DNA of 64,000 bases from an uncultured delta proteobacterium (GCA_963790475.1 CAWBOS010000012.1:896001-960000), one strand, 5' to 3'; positions 9,739 through 21,182 are shown, numbered from the stretch's first letter. Notes: generated from the letters alone by a model not told the origin. Made by a program: numbers and translations.

Positions 9739-12700
9739 ATGAGTCAACGATTCGAAAAACTGAAGAGCTTGCTCAAAGAATTATTCCAGCTTGACCAACC
9801 CGACCTGGACTTCGGATTCTATCGCATCATGCACGCCAAAAGCGGCGAAGTCTCCCAGTTCTTGGAGTGTGACCTTTTGCCCCAGGTAAAAGCGGCTTTC
9901 TCCCAGTACCGACCAGCGGACAAGGCAGTGCTGGAAAGGGAATTGGCCAAGGCCATCGAACAAGCGCAGAACTTAGGGGCTGATCCGGAATCATTGCCAA
10001 AGGTCAAAGATCTGCGGGCTAAACTGGCCGAAGATGCTGTAGACCTGAATGTACTGGAAGCTGAGGTCTTTGACCATCTCTACAGCTTCTTTCGCCGATA
10101 TTATTCCGAGGGAGATTTTCTCAGCAAAAGGGTCTATAAGCCAGGAGTCTATGCCATTCCTTATGAAGGGGAGGAGGTCAAGCTTCATTGGGCCAATGCG
10201 GACCAGTATTACATTAAAACCAGCGAGTATCTGCGGGACTATGCCTTTCGCCTGAGGCCCGAGTCCGAAAAAGACCCCATGCGGGTGCATTTCCGGCTGG
10301 TGGATGCCGCCGAGGGTGAACATGGCAATATCAAGGAAACCGAGGGCAAACAGCGGGTATTCATCCTTGCCGATCAGGATTTTATCAAAATTGAATCCTC
10401 CCCCACCATCGCAGGTGGGAGTAAGGAACTAATCATCCGCTTCGAATACCGGCCGGCAACGATCACTGATTGGCCGGAAGATGAACGAGAAGGCAAGTCC
10501 AAGCCACCCGCCCAGAAGGATCTAACTGCCTTGGCTGAAAAGCGGGTCCTTTCCCTCGCCTCCTTTGGGGGAGAGGGAGCCGCCTTCGCTCATTGGATAG
10601 CCGAACTGGAAAAACCCCATATAAAAGCCGACGGCGAGCGGGCCGACTACACCCGGTTGCGGGCACATCTCGATCGATACACCGCGCGAAACACCTTTGA
10701 TTATTTTATCCATAAGGACCTTGGGGCGTTTCTGCGCCGGGAGCTGGATTTCTACATCAAGAACGAGGTCATGCACCTGGACGACATAGAGAATGAAACC
10801 GCCCCCCGGGTCGAACAGTACCTTTCCAAAATCAAGATCATCCACCGGATCGCCGGGAAGATCATCGACTTTCTCTCCCAGCTTGAAGATTTTCAAAAAA
10901 AAATGTGGCTCAAGAAGAAGTTTGTAGTAGAGACACAGTATTGCATTACCCTGGCCTGTATCCCGGAGAGTTTTTATCCGGAGATCATTGCCAACGATGC
11001 CCAACGGGAGGAATGGGTGCGGCTTTTGGCCATCGACGAAATCCAAGACGACCTGTTGACACCGGGTTACAGTGTTCCGCTTAAGCCTGATTTTCTGAAA
11101 GCGTATCCTACGCTAATCCTGGATACACGGCTTTTTAATTCTAACTTTTCATACCAACTAATGCAGGCCATCGGCGATATGGATGAAAAGATCGATAGTG
11201 TGCTTTTCCACAGCGAGAATTTCCAGACTTTGGCATTGATACAGAAGCGGTATAGAGAGAAGGTAAAATGCCTCTATATGGACCCGCCCTATAACACTGG
11301 AAGTGACGGATTTGCTTACAAAGACAACTATCAACATTCAAGCTGGCTGACGATGCTGGACAACAGAATTGGGCAAACTCATAATTTATTGTCGACAGAC
11401 GGTGCTTTACTTTCAAGCATAGATGAAATCGAACAATCAAATCTTCACTTGATCGTGAATAGTATTTTTGGACTCACCAACCGCATTGGGACCTTAGTGT
11501 GGAAAGGGGCAACGGATAATAATCCAACAAGGATTGCGAGCGAGCATGAGTATATTGTCTGCTATGCCAAATCGATCACTGATTTAGAAGGACAATGGAG
11601 CACCTCTGATAACGAAACAAAGCAATTGATGCTTGACACATTTGAATCTATCCGAGCGAAAACGAAATCGATTGAAGAACGTGAAGAGCTTTTTCAAAAA
11701 TTTGCTAAAGAAAATCGAGAACGTTTAGGTGATCTTTACCGATACAGGCACGTAGATCAGCACGGGCCTTATGCAGCTCGGAGAAACTTGGAGAACCCCG
11801 GCAAACCCGGGTATGTATATGATGTTCTCCACCCTATCACGGGCAAGCCATGTGATAAGCCTTACTGGGGTTGGCGATTCCCCGAATCTTCTATGAGAAA
11901 CCTTCTCGATGAAGATAGGATCATCTTCGGCGTGGACGAAAAGAAGATCCCAGAATTGAAGGTTCACCTGCGAGATGTAACATTTCCGCTTCGTAGCGTC
12001 TTTTCCCTTGATGCGCGGAAAGGATCAAACGATCTATCTCGGCTTTTCGCTTCACGAGATGTATTTAAGAATCCAAAGCCAGTAGATCTTCTCGGGCACG
12101 TGCTTCCTTTTGTCGTTTCCTTAAACAACCTGGCGTTGGACTTCTTTGCTGGCTCCGGTACCACTGGCCATGCGATAATAAACTTGAACCGCGAGGACGG
12201 CGGGCGGCGCAAGTTCATCCTGGTCGAGATGGGCGACTACTTCGATACGGTTCTCCTTCCCCGCATCAAGAAGGTCACGTTTACGCCCGAGTGGAAGGAC
12301 GGTAAACCAAAAAGGTTGGCCACACAAAAAGAGGCCGAATACAGCCCGCGCATTATCAAGGTGATCCGCCTCGAATCTTACGAAGATACACTCAACAATT
12401 TGGATACTCGCCGTACCCCGGCCCAGCAGAGCTTGCTCGATCTGCCGCAGGCACAAGGACCGAATGGCCTCAAGGAATCATACCTGCTACGCTACATGCT
12501 CGACGTGGAGACGCGCGGCAGCCAGTCTTTGCTGAATATTTCAGCTTTTATCGATCCCACTGCCTATCGACTCAAAGTCAAACAACCCGGTTCGGATGAA
12601 AGCCGGGAGGTGAATGTCGATCTGCTGGAGACCTTTAACTGGCTGATCGGCCTGACCGTCTGGCATATCGCCGCGCCCCAGACCTTCAAGGCCGAATTCA

Positions 12701-13050
12701 AGCGTGATAAAGAAGGCCGACTCCGGATTAAAGGAACGATAAAGCAGGACCCCAAAGGTCCCTGGTGGTTTCGAGCCGTTACCGGAACCACGCCTGACGG
12801 CCGAAAGACATTGATCATCTGGCGGAAACGGCCGGGAGGTGATACGACCGAAGGGATCGAGCAGGATAATCTGGTTCTTGACGAATGGTTCGCTAAGCAA
12901 GGGTATTCCAGCAAAGATAGCGAGTTCGATTTGATCTATGTCAATGGGGATAATAACCTGGGAAACATCAAAACCTCCGCCGATACATGGAAAGTTCGTC
13001 TAATCGAGGAAGATTTCCACCGGTTGATGTTCGACACGGAGGGGGTGTGA
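9739..13050 (+). CDS. mod: Type III restriction-modification methyltransferase (Mod)
   Basis: Catalytic DPPY precedes FAGSGTT (beta class); N-terminus [17 protein letters not shown]; adjacent res gene. Confidence 0.9.
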   Translation: MSQRFEKLKSLLKELFQLDQPDLDFGFYRIMHAKSGEVSQFLECDLLPQVKAAFSQYRPADKAVLERELAKAIEQAQNLGADPESLPKVKDLRAKLAEDAVDLNVLEAEVFDHLYSFFRRYYSEGDFLSKRVYKPGVYAIPYEGEEVKLHWANADQYYIKTSEYLRDYAFRLRPESEKDPMRVHFRLVDAAEGEHGNIKETEGKQRVFILADQDFIKIESSPTIAGGSKELIIRFEYRPATITDWPEDEREGKSKPPAQKDLTALAEKRVLSLASFGGEGAAFAHWIAELEKPHIKADGERADYTRLRAHLDRYTARNTFDYFIHKDLGAFLRRELDFYIKNEVMHLDDIENETAPRVEQYLSKIKIIHRIAGKIIDFLSQLEDFQKKMWLKKKFVVETQYCITLACIPESFYPEIIANDAQREEWVRLLAIDEIQDDLLTPGYSVPLKPDFLKAYPTLILDTRLFNSNFSYQLMQAIGDMDEKIDSVLFHSENFQTLALIQKRYREKVKCLYMDPPYNTGSDGFAYKDNYQHSSWLTMLDNRIGQTHNLLSTDGALLSSIDEIEQSNLHLIVNSIFGLTNRIGTLVWKGATDNNPTRIASEHEYIVCYAKSITDLEGQWSTSDNETKQLMLDTFESIRAKTKSIEEREELFQKFAKENRERLGDLYRYRHVDQHGPYAARRNLENPGKPGYVYDVLHPITGKPCDKPYWGWRFPESSMRNLLDEDRIIFGVDEKKIPELKVHLRDVTFPLRSVFSLDARKGSNDLSRLFASRDVFKNPKPVDLLGHVLPFVVSLNNLALDFFAGSGTTGHAIINLNREDGGRRKFILVEMGDYFDTVLLPRIKKVTFTPEWKDGKPKRLATQKEAEYSPRIIKVIRLESYEDTLNNLDTRRTPAQQSLLDLPQAQGPNGLKESYLLRYMLDVETRGSQSLLNISAFIDPTAYRLKVKQPGSDESREVNVDLLETFNWLIGLTVWHIAAPQTFKAEFKRDKEGRLRIKGTIKQDPKGPWWFRAVTGTTPDGRKTLIIWRKRPGGDTTEGIEQDNLVLDEWFAKQGYSSKDSEFDLIYVNGDNNLGNIKTSADTWKVRLIEEDFHRLMFDTEGV

Positions 13051-14243
13051 TGGCCCGAAAAACCATAGGCAGCGGCAAGGCCGGGAGGCCTGCCATGGTT
13101 ATTCCGTTGGAGGGGATAGAAGGGCTCTTTTCCCGGGTGGCAGCCATACTGGATCGGGCCCGGTCCAACGTAGTGCGCCAGGTCAACAGTGAGATAATTT
13201 TAGCCTATTGGCACATCGGGAAAGAAATCGTTCAGGAAATTCAGGGCGGAGATGAGCGTGCCGAATACGGCCTGCAGGTCATAGAACAGCTTTCCGCGAA
13301 GCTGACCCAAAGGTACGGGCGTGGTTATTCCACCACCAACCTGCGCTACTTTCGAACTTTTTACACGGTTTATGCCGACCGCATCCCCGAGATTCGCCAC
13401 ATTGGAGGTGGCGAATTGAAAACGCCCGAAAAACGCCACACTCAAAGTGGCGTTTTGGATGACATGGCCTTAGCGGTCGAACAATCCGGCGCCGAGCGGG
13501 GGTTTTCTCCCCATTTAGGCTGGTCGCATTATCGGGCCTTGATGAATGTTGAAAATAAAAACGAACGCCTTTTCTATGAGATTGAAGCAGAGAATGAAGG
13601 CTGGGAGGTCGAACACCTCAAACATCAGATCCATACCTTCCTTTTTGCAAGACTTCTCAAAAGTCGAAATAAGGCGGGCGTTATGGCGCTTGCCGGTCAT
13701 GGGCAAAAGATCACCTCACCGGCTGACACGATTAAGAATCCCTATATACTCGATTTTCTTGGGTTGCCGGATTCTGATGTTTTGCATGAATCTGAGATCG
13801 AAAAAGCGATTATTAACAATCTTCAGTCGTTCCTGCTTGAACTCGGCAAGGGTTTCGCCTTTGTCGGGCGTCAAAAGCGCCTTCAATTCGACGAGGACTT
13901 CTTTTATATCGATCTGGTTTTTTACAACTGCATACTGAAATGCTACCTGTTGATTGATCTCAAGATTGGTGAGTTGACGCACCAGGATGTCGGCCAAATG
14001 GACAGCTATGTCCGGATGTTCGATGACAAATACCTGACGGAAGGCGACAGCCCGACCATCGGCCTCATCCTTTGCGCCAAAAAGAACGAAACCATTGCCC
14101 GATATTCCGTACTCAAAGACAACAGACATCTTTTTGCTTCCAAGTACATGCTCTATCTGCCGACCGAGGAGGAACTTCAGCGCGAACTGGAGCGGGAACG
14201 ACAGTTGATCGAATCTCGGCAGGTAGAAGAGGGTGGCCGTTGA
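13050..14243 (+). CDS. YhcG/DUF1016 PD-(D/E)xK nuclease family protein
   Basis: [52 protein letters not shown]; ATG overlaps the mod TGA. Confidence 0.9.
   Translation: MARKTIGSGKAGRPAMVIPLEGIEGLFSRVAAILDRARSNVVRQVNSEIILAYWHIGKEIVQEIQGGDERAEYGLQVIEQLSAKLTQRYGRGYSTTNLRYFRTFYTVYADRIPEIRHIGGGELKTPEKRHTQSGVLDDMALAVEQSGAERGFSPHLGWSHYRALMNVENKNERLFYEIEAENEGWEVEHLKHQIHTFLFARLLKSRNKAGVMALAGHGQKITSPADTIKNPYILDFLGLPDSDVLHESEIEKAIINNLQSFLLELGKGFAFVGRQKRLQFDEDFFYIDLVFYNCILKCYLLIDLKIGELTHQDVGQMDSYVRMFDDKYLTEGDSPTIGLILCAKKNETIARYSVLKDNRHLFASKYMLYLPTEEELQRELERERQLIESRQVEEGGR
13392..13456. repeat. Two tandem in-frame palindromes, ATTCGCCAC-N7-GTGGCGAAT and AAAACGCCAC-N7-GTGGCGTTTT
   Basis: Read directly; centres 39 bp (13 codons) apart in the YhcG linker. 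Confidence 0.9.
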
Positions 14244-17200
14244 TGCCGAGAAGAAGGACCCGTACAAATTTTTCCGCAGCAGCCGCAGTCCCTCTGCCCA
14301 GCCGCCGAAGCAATAACCATTCGGCCCTGCAGTTTGCCTATAAGCTGGTTCTCAACCAATGGCTGCTTGGATTGTTCGAAGTGGAGCGTTTCGAGCAATT
14401 GGCCGAGCATCTGCGCGATGAAAAGCTGGAGGGTTTGGACGAGAATAATATCCATCGCCTCCACCACGCCCTTGCTGCGCACTTTCCGAATCTGCCGGAG
14501 CTGACCGAACAATGGCTGCTGGAGTACGATCAGAACATCGTCCGCCATACCCAACGCCTAAACGACCGACGAATCAGCCGAGGCGAGGCGCCCATTGTCT
14601 GGAAATATTTTCAGTATTTATCGCTGCTTTTTACTGAGATATACCTTGACCGCTATTTCAGCGATGCGCAGGCCCTGTTGTCGGATATCAATGGGCGCAC
14701 TGCTGCCTTCAACGAAGGTCATGAGGAGGGCGACCGGATCACGCCCTTCGATGAGACAGCCGAGGCCTGGCCGCAGCTCAATAAGTTGTCCTTCTGGATG
14801 GCTACCGGCAGCGGAAAGACTTTGTTGATGCATGCCAATCTTCTCCAATATCGTTTTTACCTGGAAAAACACAGCCGAACGCGTGATCTAAATCGGATCA
14901 TTCTTCTGACGCCAAACGAAGGGCTCTCCCAGCAACATCTGCGAGAGTTTGAGATAGCCGGAATCGACGCCGAACTTTTCAACAAAGATGGGCGCGGTCT
15001 GTTCGCCGGCCAAGCGGTTGAGATTCTCGACATCCATAAGCTCAAGGACGAGATGGGAGATAAAACCGTCGCCGTGGAAGCCTTCGAGGGCAACAATCTG
15101 GTGCTGATCGATGAAGGGCACCGCGGGACCTCCGCCGGCGACGAGGGGACCTGGATGCGTTTTCGTAATACCCTGTGCGAGAAGGGCTTTTCCTTTGAGT
15201 ATTCAGCCACTTTTGGACAGGCGGTTAAAGGCGACAAGAAACTTATTGACCTGTACGCGAAAAGTATTCTTTTCGATTACTCCTACCGCTGGTTCTACAG
15301 CGACGGGTTCGGTAAGGACTACCAGATCCTCAACCTGGACGAAACCACCCAACAGCAGAACTTGGATCTTTATCTCACGGCCTGCCTGCTCGCTTTCTTT
15401 CAGCAACAACGTCTCTATCGAGAACAAGGAAGTATCTTTCGACCCTTCCAAATCGACAAACCGCTATGGATTTTCGTTGGTGGCAGCGTCACCAAGACAC
15501 TGGCTACCCGCGACGCCTCGGACATTGTGGAAATCCTCAACTTTTTATCTCGGTATGTAGGTGACCGAGCGGGCAGTATCCAGCACATTGAGCGCGTATT
15601 AAACCAGGGGCTGGTGACCGACACTGGTCGAAACCTCTTTGCCGGGCGCTTCACCTATTTGAACACGGCAGGCCTCACGCCTGCACAAGTGTTTGACGAA
15701 ACGTTGACCACTCTCTTCAATGCACCGGGCGGCGGGCAACTCTACGTGGAGAATTTAAAGGGCGCTACCGGCGAAATTGCCCTGCGTCTCGGATCCGAAA
15801 ATGATTCCTTTGGGGTCATCAATGTAGGCGATGATACCAAACTGGTGAAACTGTGCGAAGAAAAGGGACTGGCTACCGGAGACCGGGAATTTTCGGGTTC
15901 GCTTTTCCATGAAATCAACCTACCGAGTTCCACTGTTAACCTGCTTATCGGGTCTAAGAAGTTCACCGAGGGTTGGAATAGTTGGCGGGTAGCCAATATG
16001 GGCCTGATGAACGTCGGCGCCACTGAAGGATCTCAGATCATCCAACTCTTTGGCCGGGGTGTGCGTCTCAAGGGTTATGGACAGGGCCTGAAACGTAGCC
16101 TTAAGACTCAGCTTCCAGAGGAAGTAACGCGCCCTAGGCACATCGAACTTTTGGAGACGCTTTCCATCTTTGGTATTCGTGCAAATTACATGGCTCAGTT
16201 CCGCGACTTCCTCGAAGAGGAGGGGCTGCCGACCAACGATGATCGAACCGAAATAATACTGCCGATCATCAAAAATCTGGGCACACAGAAACTCAAAACC
16301 ATCCGGTTCAAGAAGACCATTAACGGTGTTTCCACCGAGTTCGGGGATCCTTTCCGTAAGTTGGGGCCGATACCGACGCTCGGACCGCCGACCGATTACC
16401 TTCAGCGAAACCAGGTGGTTCTTAATTGGTACCCTAAGATACAATCACTTAAGTCCCGCGGAGTCACTGGCGGCGACGATGAGGCCGCACCGAACCAGGC
16501 TCACTTGTCTGTCGGTCATCTATCCTTTATAAACGTTGACGCGATATTCTTTGAGTTGGAGCGCTTTAAGGCCGAACGCGGATGGTACAACCTGAATCTT
16601 CCCCGCGAGATCATTGGGAAGCTGCTTCTAGACCAGAGTTGGTACCAGTTGCTCCTCCCGGCCGAGGAGTTGTCCTTCCATTCGTTCGACAACGTCCGGC
16701 TTTGGCAGGAAGTGGCAACCTCCCTACTAAAGAAGTACACCGAACGCTATTACAGTTTTCGCAAACGTGATTGGGAACTGCCTCACCTGGAATACCAGGA
16801 ATTGAGCGAGAACGACCCCAATTTTCTTGTCCGCGAGGCACAAGGCGAGTATGGGTACCGAATCCTCATAGAGGAGTCGGAGCAGGAGATTATTGAGAAA
16901 ATCAAAGAACTCAAAACGCTGATCGAGGCCGGGAATCTCCAGCCATGGGAATTCCGTGGCCTCAAAGCCATTTGGTTTGGCCGCCATCTTTATCAACCAC
17001 TGCTTTATCTCGACAAGAAAATCGTAGAAATAAGCCCGGAGCCGCTTAACAAAGGTGAGAAGCAGTTTATTGAGGACCTAAAGACCTTTCACGACGGCAA
17101 TGCCAAATTCTTCCGGGGCAAGGAACTTTATCTGCTCCGCAACCTGAGCAAAGGTCGCGGTGTTGGTTTTTTCGAGGCCGGAAACTTCCACCCTGATTTT

Positions 17201-17500
17201 ATCCTATGGCTCTTGTCAGGTGGAAAACAGCGGGTCGCTTTCGTGGACCCTAAAGGGATTCGCAATCTGGGTCCTACTGACCCCAAGATCCAGTTCTTTA
17301 GGTCAATAAAAGAAATAGAACAGCGTCTTGGAGATACTAAGGTTGTGCTCAATTCGTTCGTCGTCTCGAATACGCCATCGCATGTCATGAAGAAAAAGTG
17401 GAACATAGACAAGGAAACGATGCAAGCCCGGCACATTCTTTTCCAGGAGGAAGACCGGGATACCTATATCAGGGAGATGCTGACGGCCGTTGGTAAATAA
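14243..17500 (+). CDS. res: Type III restriction endonuclease/SF2 helicase subunit (Res)
   Basis: [29 protein letters not shown]-terminal nuclease PDF...DPKG; ATG overlaps the yhcG TGA. Confidence 0.9.
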   Translation: MPRRRTRTNFSAAAAVPLPSRRSNNHSALQFAYKLVLNQWLLGLFEVERFEQLAEHLRDEKLEGLDENNIHRLHHALAAHFPNLPELTEQWLLEYDQNIVRHTQRLNDRRISRGEAPIVWKYFQYLSLLFTEIYLDRYFSDAQALLSDINGRTAAFNEGHEEGDRITPFDETAEAWPQLNKLSFWMATGSGKTLLMHANLLQYRFYLEKHSRTRDLNRIILLTPNEGLSQQHLREFEIAGIDAELFNKDGRGLFAGQAVEILDIHKLKDEMGDKTVAVEAFEGNNLVLIDEGHRGTSAGDEGTWMRFRNTLCEKGFSFEYSATFGQAVKGDKKLIDLYAKSILFDYSYRWFYSDGFGKDYQILNLDETTQQQNLDLYLTACLLAFFQQQRLYREQGSIFRPFQIDKPLWIFVGGSVTKTLATRDASDIVEILNFLSRYVGDRAGSIQHIERVLNQGLVTDTGRNLFAGRFTYLNTAGLTPAQVFDETLTTLFNAPGGGQLYVENLKGATGEIALRLGSENDSFGVINVGDDTKLVKLCEEKGLATGDREFSGSLFHEINLPSSTVNLLIGSKKFTEGWNSWRVANMGLMNVGATEGSQIIQLFGRGVRLKGYGQGLKRSLKTQLPEEVTRPRHIELLETLSIFGIRANYMAQFRDFLEEEGLPTNDDRTEIILPIIKNLGTQKLKTIRFKKTINGVSTEFGDPFRKLGPIPTLGPPTDYLQRNQVVLNWYPKIQSLKSRGVTGGDDEAAPNQAHLSVGHLSFINVDAIFFELERFKAERGWYNLNLPREIIGKLLLDQSWYQLLLPAEELSFHSFDNVRLWQEVATSLLKKYTERYYSFRKRDWELPHLEYQELSENDPNFLVREAQGEYGYRILIEESEQEIIEKIKELKTLIEAGNLQPWEFRGLKAIWFGRHLYQPLLYLDKKIVEISPEPLNKGEKQFIEDLKTFHDGNAKFFRGKELYLLRNLSKGRGVGFFEAGNFHPDFILWLLSGGKQRVAFVDPKGIRNLGPTDPKIQFFRSIKEIEQRLGDTKVVLNSFVVSNTPSHVMKKKWNIDKETMQARHILFQEEDRDTYIREMLTAVGK

Positions 17501-17545
17501 TGGCTTTCGAAGTCATTTCTTGAAGGTTCAGCTACATCGCTCTAA

Positions 17546-17668
17546 AAGAAGGGTCGGACCAGGCGAACGAACTCGAACCTCTAAGAAAAAGATGAAGGAT
17601 GAGGGTAAAAAATGCATTAGAACCTCATTCTTAGACTCCAAAAGACACTTCTAAGCCGGCAACGATTC
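17546..17668 (+). repeat. Direct repeat R2, copy 1 (~123 bp)
   Basis: GGGTCGGACCAGGCGAACG...GAACCTC...TTAGAACCTC...CTTCTAAGC-GGCAACGATTC shared with 18804-18926. Confidence 0.85.
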
Positions 17669-17768
17669 CCAAACCGGAAGAGCTATAAGGGTATCAGAAA
17701 GAAGAAAGTTTTACCGAATGATCTTAAGACATCCATTGGATGGAATTGGAAAGGGATGACGACTTCTA

Positions 17769-17795
17769 AATTCGCCACTTAACTTGTGGCGAATT
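17769..17795. repeat. Intergenic palindrome AATTCGCCAC-N7-GTGGCGAATT
   Basis: Read directly; same arms and spacer length as the first yhcG-internal site. Confidence 0.9.
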
Positions 17796-17954
17796 GGATA
17801 TAGCGGGCCGGGCCAGTCAAAGGGATTGAAAGCCCGGGGAGCTAAATGAAAATGAGGGGTAGAAAAGAAGCTTCTGAACAGAACATCAAGGCTATGGGCA
17901 GGGTTATGTTGCAGCGCACCCTAAAGTGAAATGTTTTCGAAAGGAGGGTGTTCT

Positions 17955-18305
17955 ATGAAGAGGAGTGTCATATCCGTTCCCGGCAGGGATGTGCCTGTGT
18001 TGGCGGATGCCGACGTCGTAGTCGCGGGAGGCGGCCCTTCCGGATTTGCTGCGGCAGTCACGGCGGCACGAGCGGGACTGCAGGTAATCCTCATCGAGCG
18101 CTACGGTTTTCTCGGCGGACTGGCCACAACCAGCACGGTGGGAACTTTCAGGCAGAACATCAAGACCAAGAGTCGCTTGGCTGGCACATATGACATCCGC
18201 ATCTATCCTCTTAGACGAGGATGGAAGATGGTGTGGTCATTCGTCGGCGAGTTGGCGGAAAACAGGTCCTGTTCCATTAGGGACCATGCTAAACTAGACC
18301 AATGA
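17955..18305 (+). pseudogene. FAD-dependent oxidoreductase, N-terminal fragment
   Basis: DVVVAGGGPSG...LIERYGFLGGLAT; resemblance lost after TVGTF (~18150). Confidence 0.7.
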
Positions 18306-18315
18306 GGAGGTGTTT

Positions 18316-18750
18316 ATGGTTTATCTCGATTCATCTTGTTCCCGGTGGTCGTCGCGCATCCTGAGCGTCCTGCGGATCATTACGGCATTCCTCTTCATGC
18401 AGCATGGGGCCCAGAAGCTCTTCGGCTTCCTTGCCCCTCAGCAGGCATTGTCGCCTCCGCTGTTTTCTCTGATTGGCTTGGCCGGGGTGCTGGAGTTTTT
18501 CGGCGGGCTGCTTCTTTTGCTCGGGTTATTCACCCGTCCCGTGGCGTTCATCCTATCAGGGGAAATGGCCGTGGCCTACTTCATGGTGCACGCGCCGAAG
18601 GGATTCTGGCCCATTAGGAATGGAGGGGACCTGGCCGTTATCTCGTGCTTTGTGTTCCTTTATCTGGTTTTAGCTGGAGGAGGGGCGTGGAGTGTGGATC
18701 GCCTCTGGAGGCGAGACAAATCTTCACACAATTCCAGCGCCGGATTTTAA
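18316..18750 (+). CDS. DoxX family membrane protein
   Basis: LRI...HGAQKLFG, EFFGGLLLLLGLFTR, AVAYFMVH, GGGAWSVD; RBS GAGGAGG. Confidence 0.9.
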   Translation: MVYLDSSCSRWSSRILSVLRIITAFLFMQHGAQKLFGFLAPQQALSPPLFSLIGLAGVLEFFGGLLLLLGLFTRPVAFILSGEMAVAYFMVHAPKGFWPIRNGGDLAVISCFVFLYLVLAGGGAWSVDRLWRRDKSSHNSSAGF

Positions 18751-18803
18751 GAGATTTCCGGGCATGACAAGGAATAGAACAGACCCGGCAGTATTGTAAG
18801 AGT

Positions 18804-18926
18804 AAGAAAGGGGTCGGACCAGGCGAACGGATTGGAACCTCAAAAAAAGATAGGAACTGAACTGCAAAGAGTGCCTTAGAACCTCCTTTTTAGTCCCAAA
18901 AGAAGCTTCTAAGCTGGCAACGATTC
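18804..18926 (+). repeat. Direct repeat R2, copy 2
   Basis: Homologous to 17546-17668, offset 1260 bp. Confidence 0.85.
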
Positions 18927-19293
18927 AGCAACCCTTGGAACAGATCCTCCGAATCTGGTCATTTGATTTTAGGCCCCGATCATAATTTTTGAGGAGCATT
19001 TAATACCTTTCTTTAATGAAAAGACGTTGTTTTCCCATCCATATTCTTAGCCGCCCTGATCGTTCTGGTCATCCGGTTGATTCCAGGCCGTTTCCTTATG
19101 GGTGGGGGTTTCTTAGATCACTCTTAGGTATACCCGCGTGATCTTTTGGATCCGAGAAGATGAGCCGGAGGTGTCTGTGGTAGTATCAAAAGGAAGGAGG
19201 AGGTGGTCTGATTTACAACTGAAGCGATGTGATCTTTGAACCTGTGGAGAATAGTACATTTCTGCTTTACTTAATTCTTGATGGAGGAAAAAA

Positions 19294-21018
19294 ATGAAAA
19301 AAGGTTTTCGGAAAATGATGTTATCCTTATTGGTTCTTTCAACCTTACTATTATTCGGGGTGTTAGTTTCAGGAGTCAGTGCGGCCGAGAAAGTGGTACC
19401 GGGCGGTACCTTGACTTACACGGATTTGGCTCCAGGCATTAACGCGCTGACCTGGGACTCTGAAGATTGGCAGTGGAAACACGGCTATGACACAGGCTTT
19501 GTCATGGAGCACCTCCTCATGGGGGATCTCCAGAAAGGGCCGAGAGGCTCCAAAAAAACCACCTTCGAGAACAACGCCTGGATACCACCAGATATTATGA
19601 CCGGCGAGCTTCTGGAGAAATGGGAAGTCAAGAAAAAACCACCCATGAAGATCATCTTGCACCTCCGCAAAGGGGTTATGTGGCAGGAGAAGCCCGGAGT
19701 CATGAAGGCCAGGGAGCTGGTGGCCGATGATGTGGTTTACGCCATCAACCGCATCAAGAACTCTCCTAAGGCTATTCCCCTCTACATGGATTTTGTCGGG
19801 AAAATGGAAACCCCCGACAAATATACGGTGGTCGTCAATTTGACCGAGTGGTGTGCAGACTGGCATTACCGCATGGGTTGGGGATATTACGACGGCATCC
19901 AGGCCCCGGAGCAGGAAAAGGCCCCGGGCGGGCCGAAACAATGGCAAAACCTCTGCGGCACCGGACCTTATATGCTCACGGAATATAAGGAAGGCCATGA
20001 CCAGACCTACAGCAAAAACCCGAACTACTGGGGCTATGAGACCATCAATGGCCAGAAATATCATCTGCCCCTTAACGACAAGGTGATCATGATGATCATC
20101 AGGGATGATTCCACCCGGAATTCCGCCTTAAGGACCGGCAAGCTCGATCTGGTGATGGGCATTGACTGGAAATACTACGCCGACCTTAAGAAAAACTGCC
20201 CTCAGTTGCAATGGGCCCGTCATCTTGGGACCGGCAACCTTACGATGGCCATGCGCATGGACCGGAAGCCCTTTAACGATATTCGGGTTAGACGAGCCCT
20301 GAACCTGGCCATCAACAAACAGGAGATGATCGCCTCCTTTTGGGGTGGTAATGCTGAATTGCACACCTACCCCTTCCCTCCTTCTTTCAAGGATGTGTAC
20401 GTCCCGCTGGACAAACTGCCCCCCTCGATCAAGGAGCTGTACACTTACAATCCGGAAAAAGCCAAAAAACTCCTGGCTGAGGCCGGTTACCCCAACGGTT
20501 TTACCTTCAAGGCTCAGGTTTACAGTGAAAGCCAAACCTTACTGGACGAGGCCGCTATAGTGTCCGCCTACCTGGCCAAGGTGGGTGTCAAGATGGAGCT
20601 GGAGACTATGGATTACCCTTCTTATCTGAGTAAGATGTTAAGAAAGCAGAACGCCGATGGGTATTTCTTTGCCAATGACCACGGTGGACCCTATTCGGGA
20701 ATCCGGAAAAACTTCCTGACCGGTCAGACCTGGAACCCTCACATGATGAGCGACCCTTATGTGGACAAGAAATGGGATGAGATAGTTCAAAACCCGAAAC
20801 TTACCGACAAGACCGCCGCTGTCGAATTAAAAAAACTTACTCTTTATATTATGAACCAGGTGCCCGCCATAATTCTTCCCACTGCCTACTTCTATACCGC
20901 CTGGTGGCCCTGGGTGAAGAATTATTACGGGGAAATCCGTGTGGGTGCCCACCGGGCCGCCCCGATCCTGGCCCGCGTCTGGATCGACCAGGATATGAAG
21001 AAAAAATTGGGCTATTAA
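19294..21018 (+). CDS. ABC transporter substrate-binding protein, family 5 (OppA/DppA-like)
   Basis: Signal peptide, LRKGVMW, GTGPY, NPNYW, VRRALNLAIN, AKKLLAEAGY. Confidence 0.9.
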   Translation: MKKGFRKMMLSLLVLSTLLLFGVLVSGVSAAEKVVPGGTLTYTDLAPGINALTWDSEDWQWKHGYDTGFVMEHLLMGDLQKGPRGSKKTTFENNAWIPPDIMTGELLEKWEVKKKPPMKIILHLRKGVMWQEKPGVMKARELVADDVVYAINRIKNSPKAIPLYMDFVGKMETPDKYTVVVNLTEWCADWHYRMGWGYYDGIQAPEQEKAPGGPKQWQNLCGTGPYMLTEYKEGHDQTYSKNPNYWGYETINGQKYHLPLNDKVIMMIIRDDSTRNSALRTGKLDLVMGIDWKYYADLKKNCPQLQWARHLGTGNLTMAMRMDRKPFNDIRVRRALNLAINKQEMIASFWGGNAELHTYPFPPSFKDVYVPLDKLPPSIKELYTYNPEKAKKLLAEAGYPNGFTFKAQVYSESQTLLDEAAIVSAYLAKVGVKMELETMDYPSYLSKMLRKQNADGYFFANDHGGPYSGIRKNFLTGQTWNPHMMSDPYVDKKWDEIVQNPKLTDKTAAVELKKLTLYIMNQVPAIILPTAYFYTAWWPWVKNYYGEIRVGAHRAAPILARVWIDQDMKKKLGY

Positions 21019-21041
21019 TTAATCGGAAACCGCCAGCCGGG

Positions 21042-21072
21042 GGCAGGGTCAGAAATGGCCCTGCCTTCTTTT
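21042..21072 (+). terminator. Rho-independent terminator
   Basis: GGCAGGGTC-AGAAAT-GGCCCTGCC-TTCTTTT right after the binding-protein gene. Confidence 0.7.
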
Positions 21073-21182
21073 ATCCACATTTCAAGTCGATGAAATAATA
21101 AATTTATATCTTGTGGAATAGCCCCACCTTAAAAATACGGCATCTTTTCCTTCAAAATACAGTCTTGCTTATATTCCCTTAT

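Noticed and set aside
17546-17668. R2 minus strand as a ZTP riboswitch (CGCCTGG) or as an integron attC site
   Set aside because: No upstream GACTGGCG partner; no RYYYAAC...GTTRRRY boxes with matching inner arms; no intI in the window.
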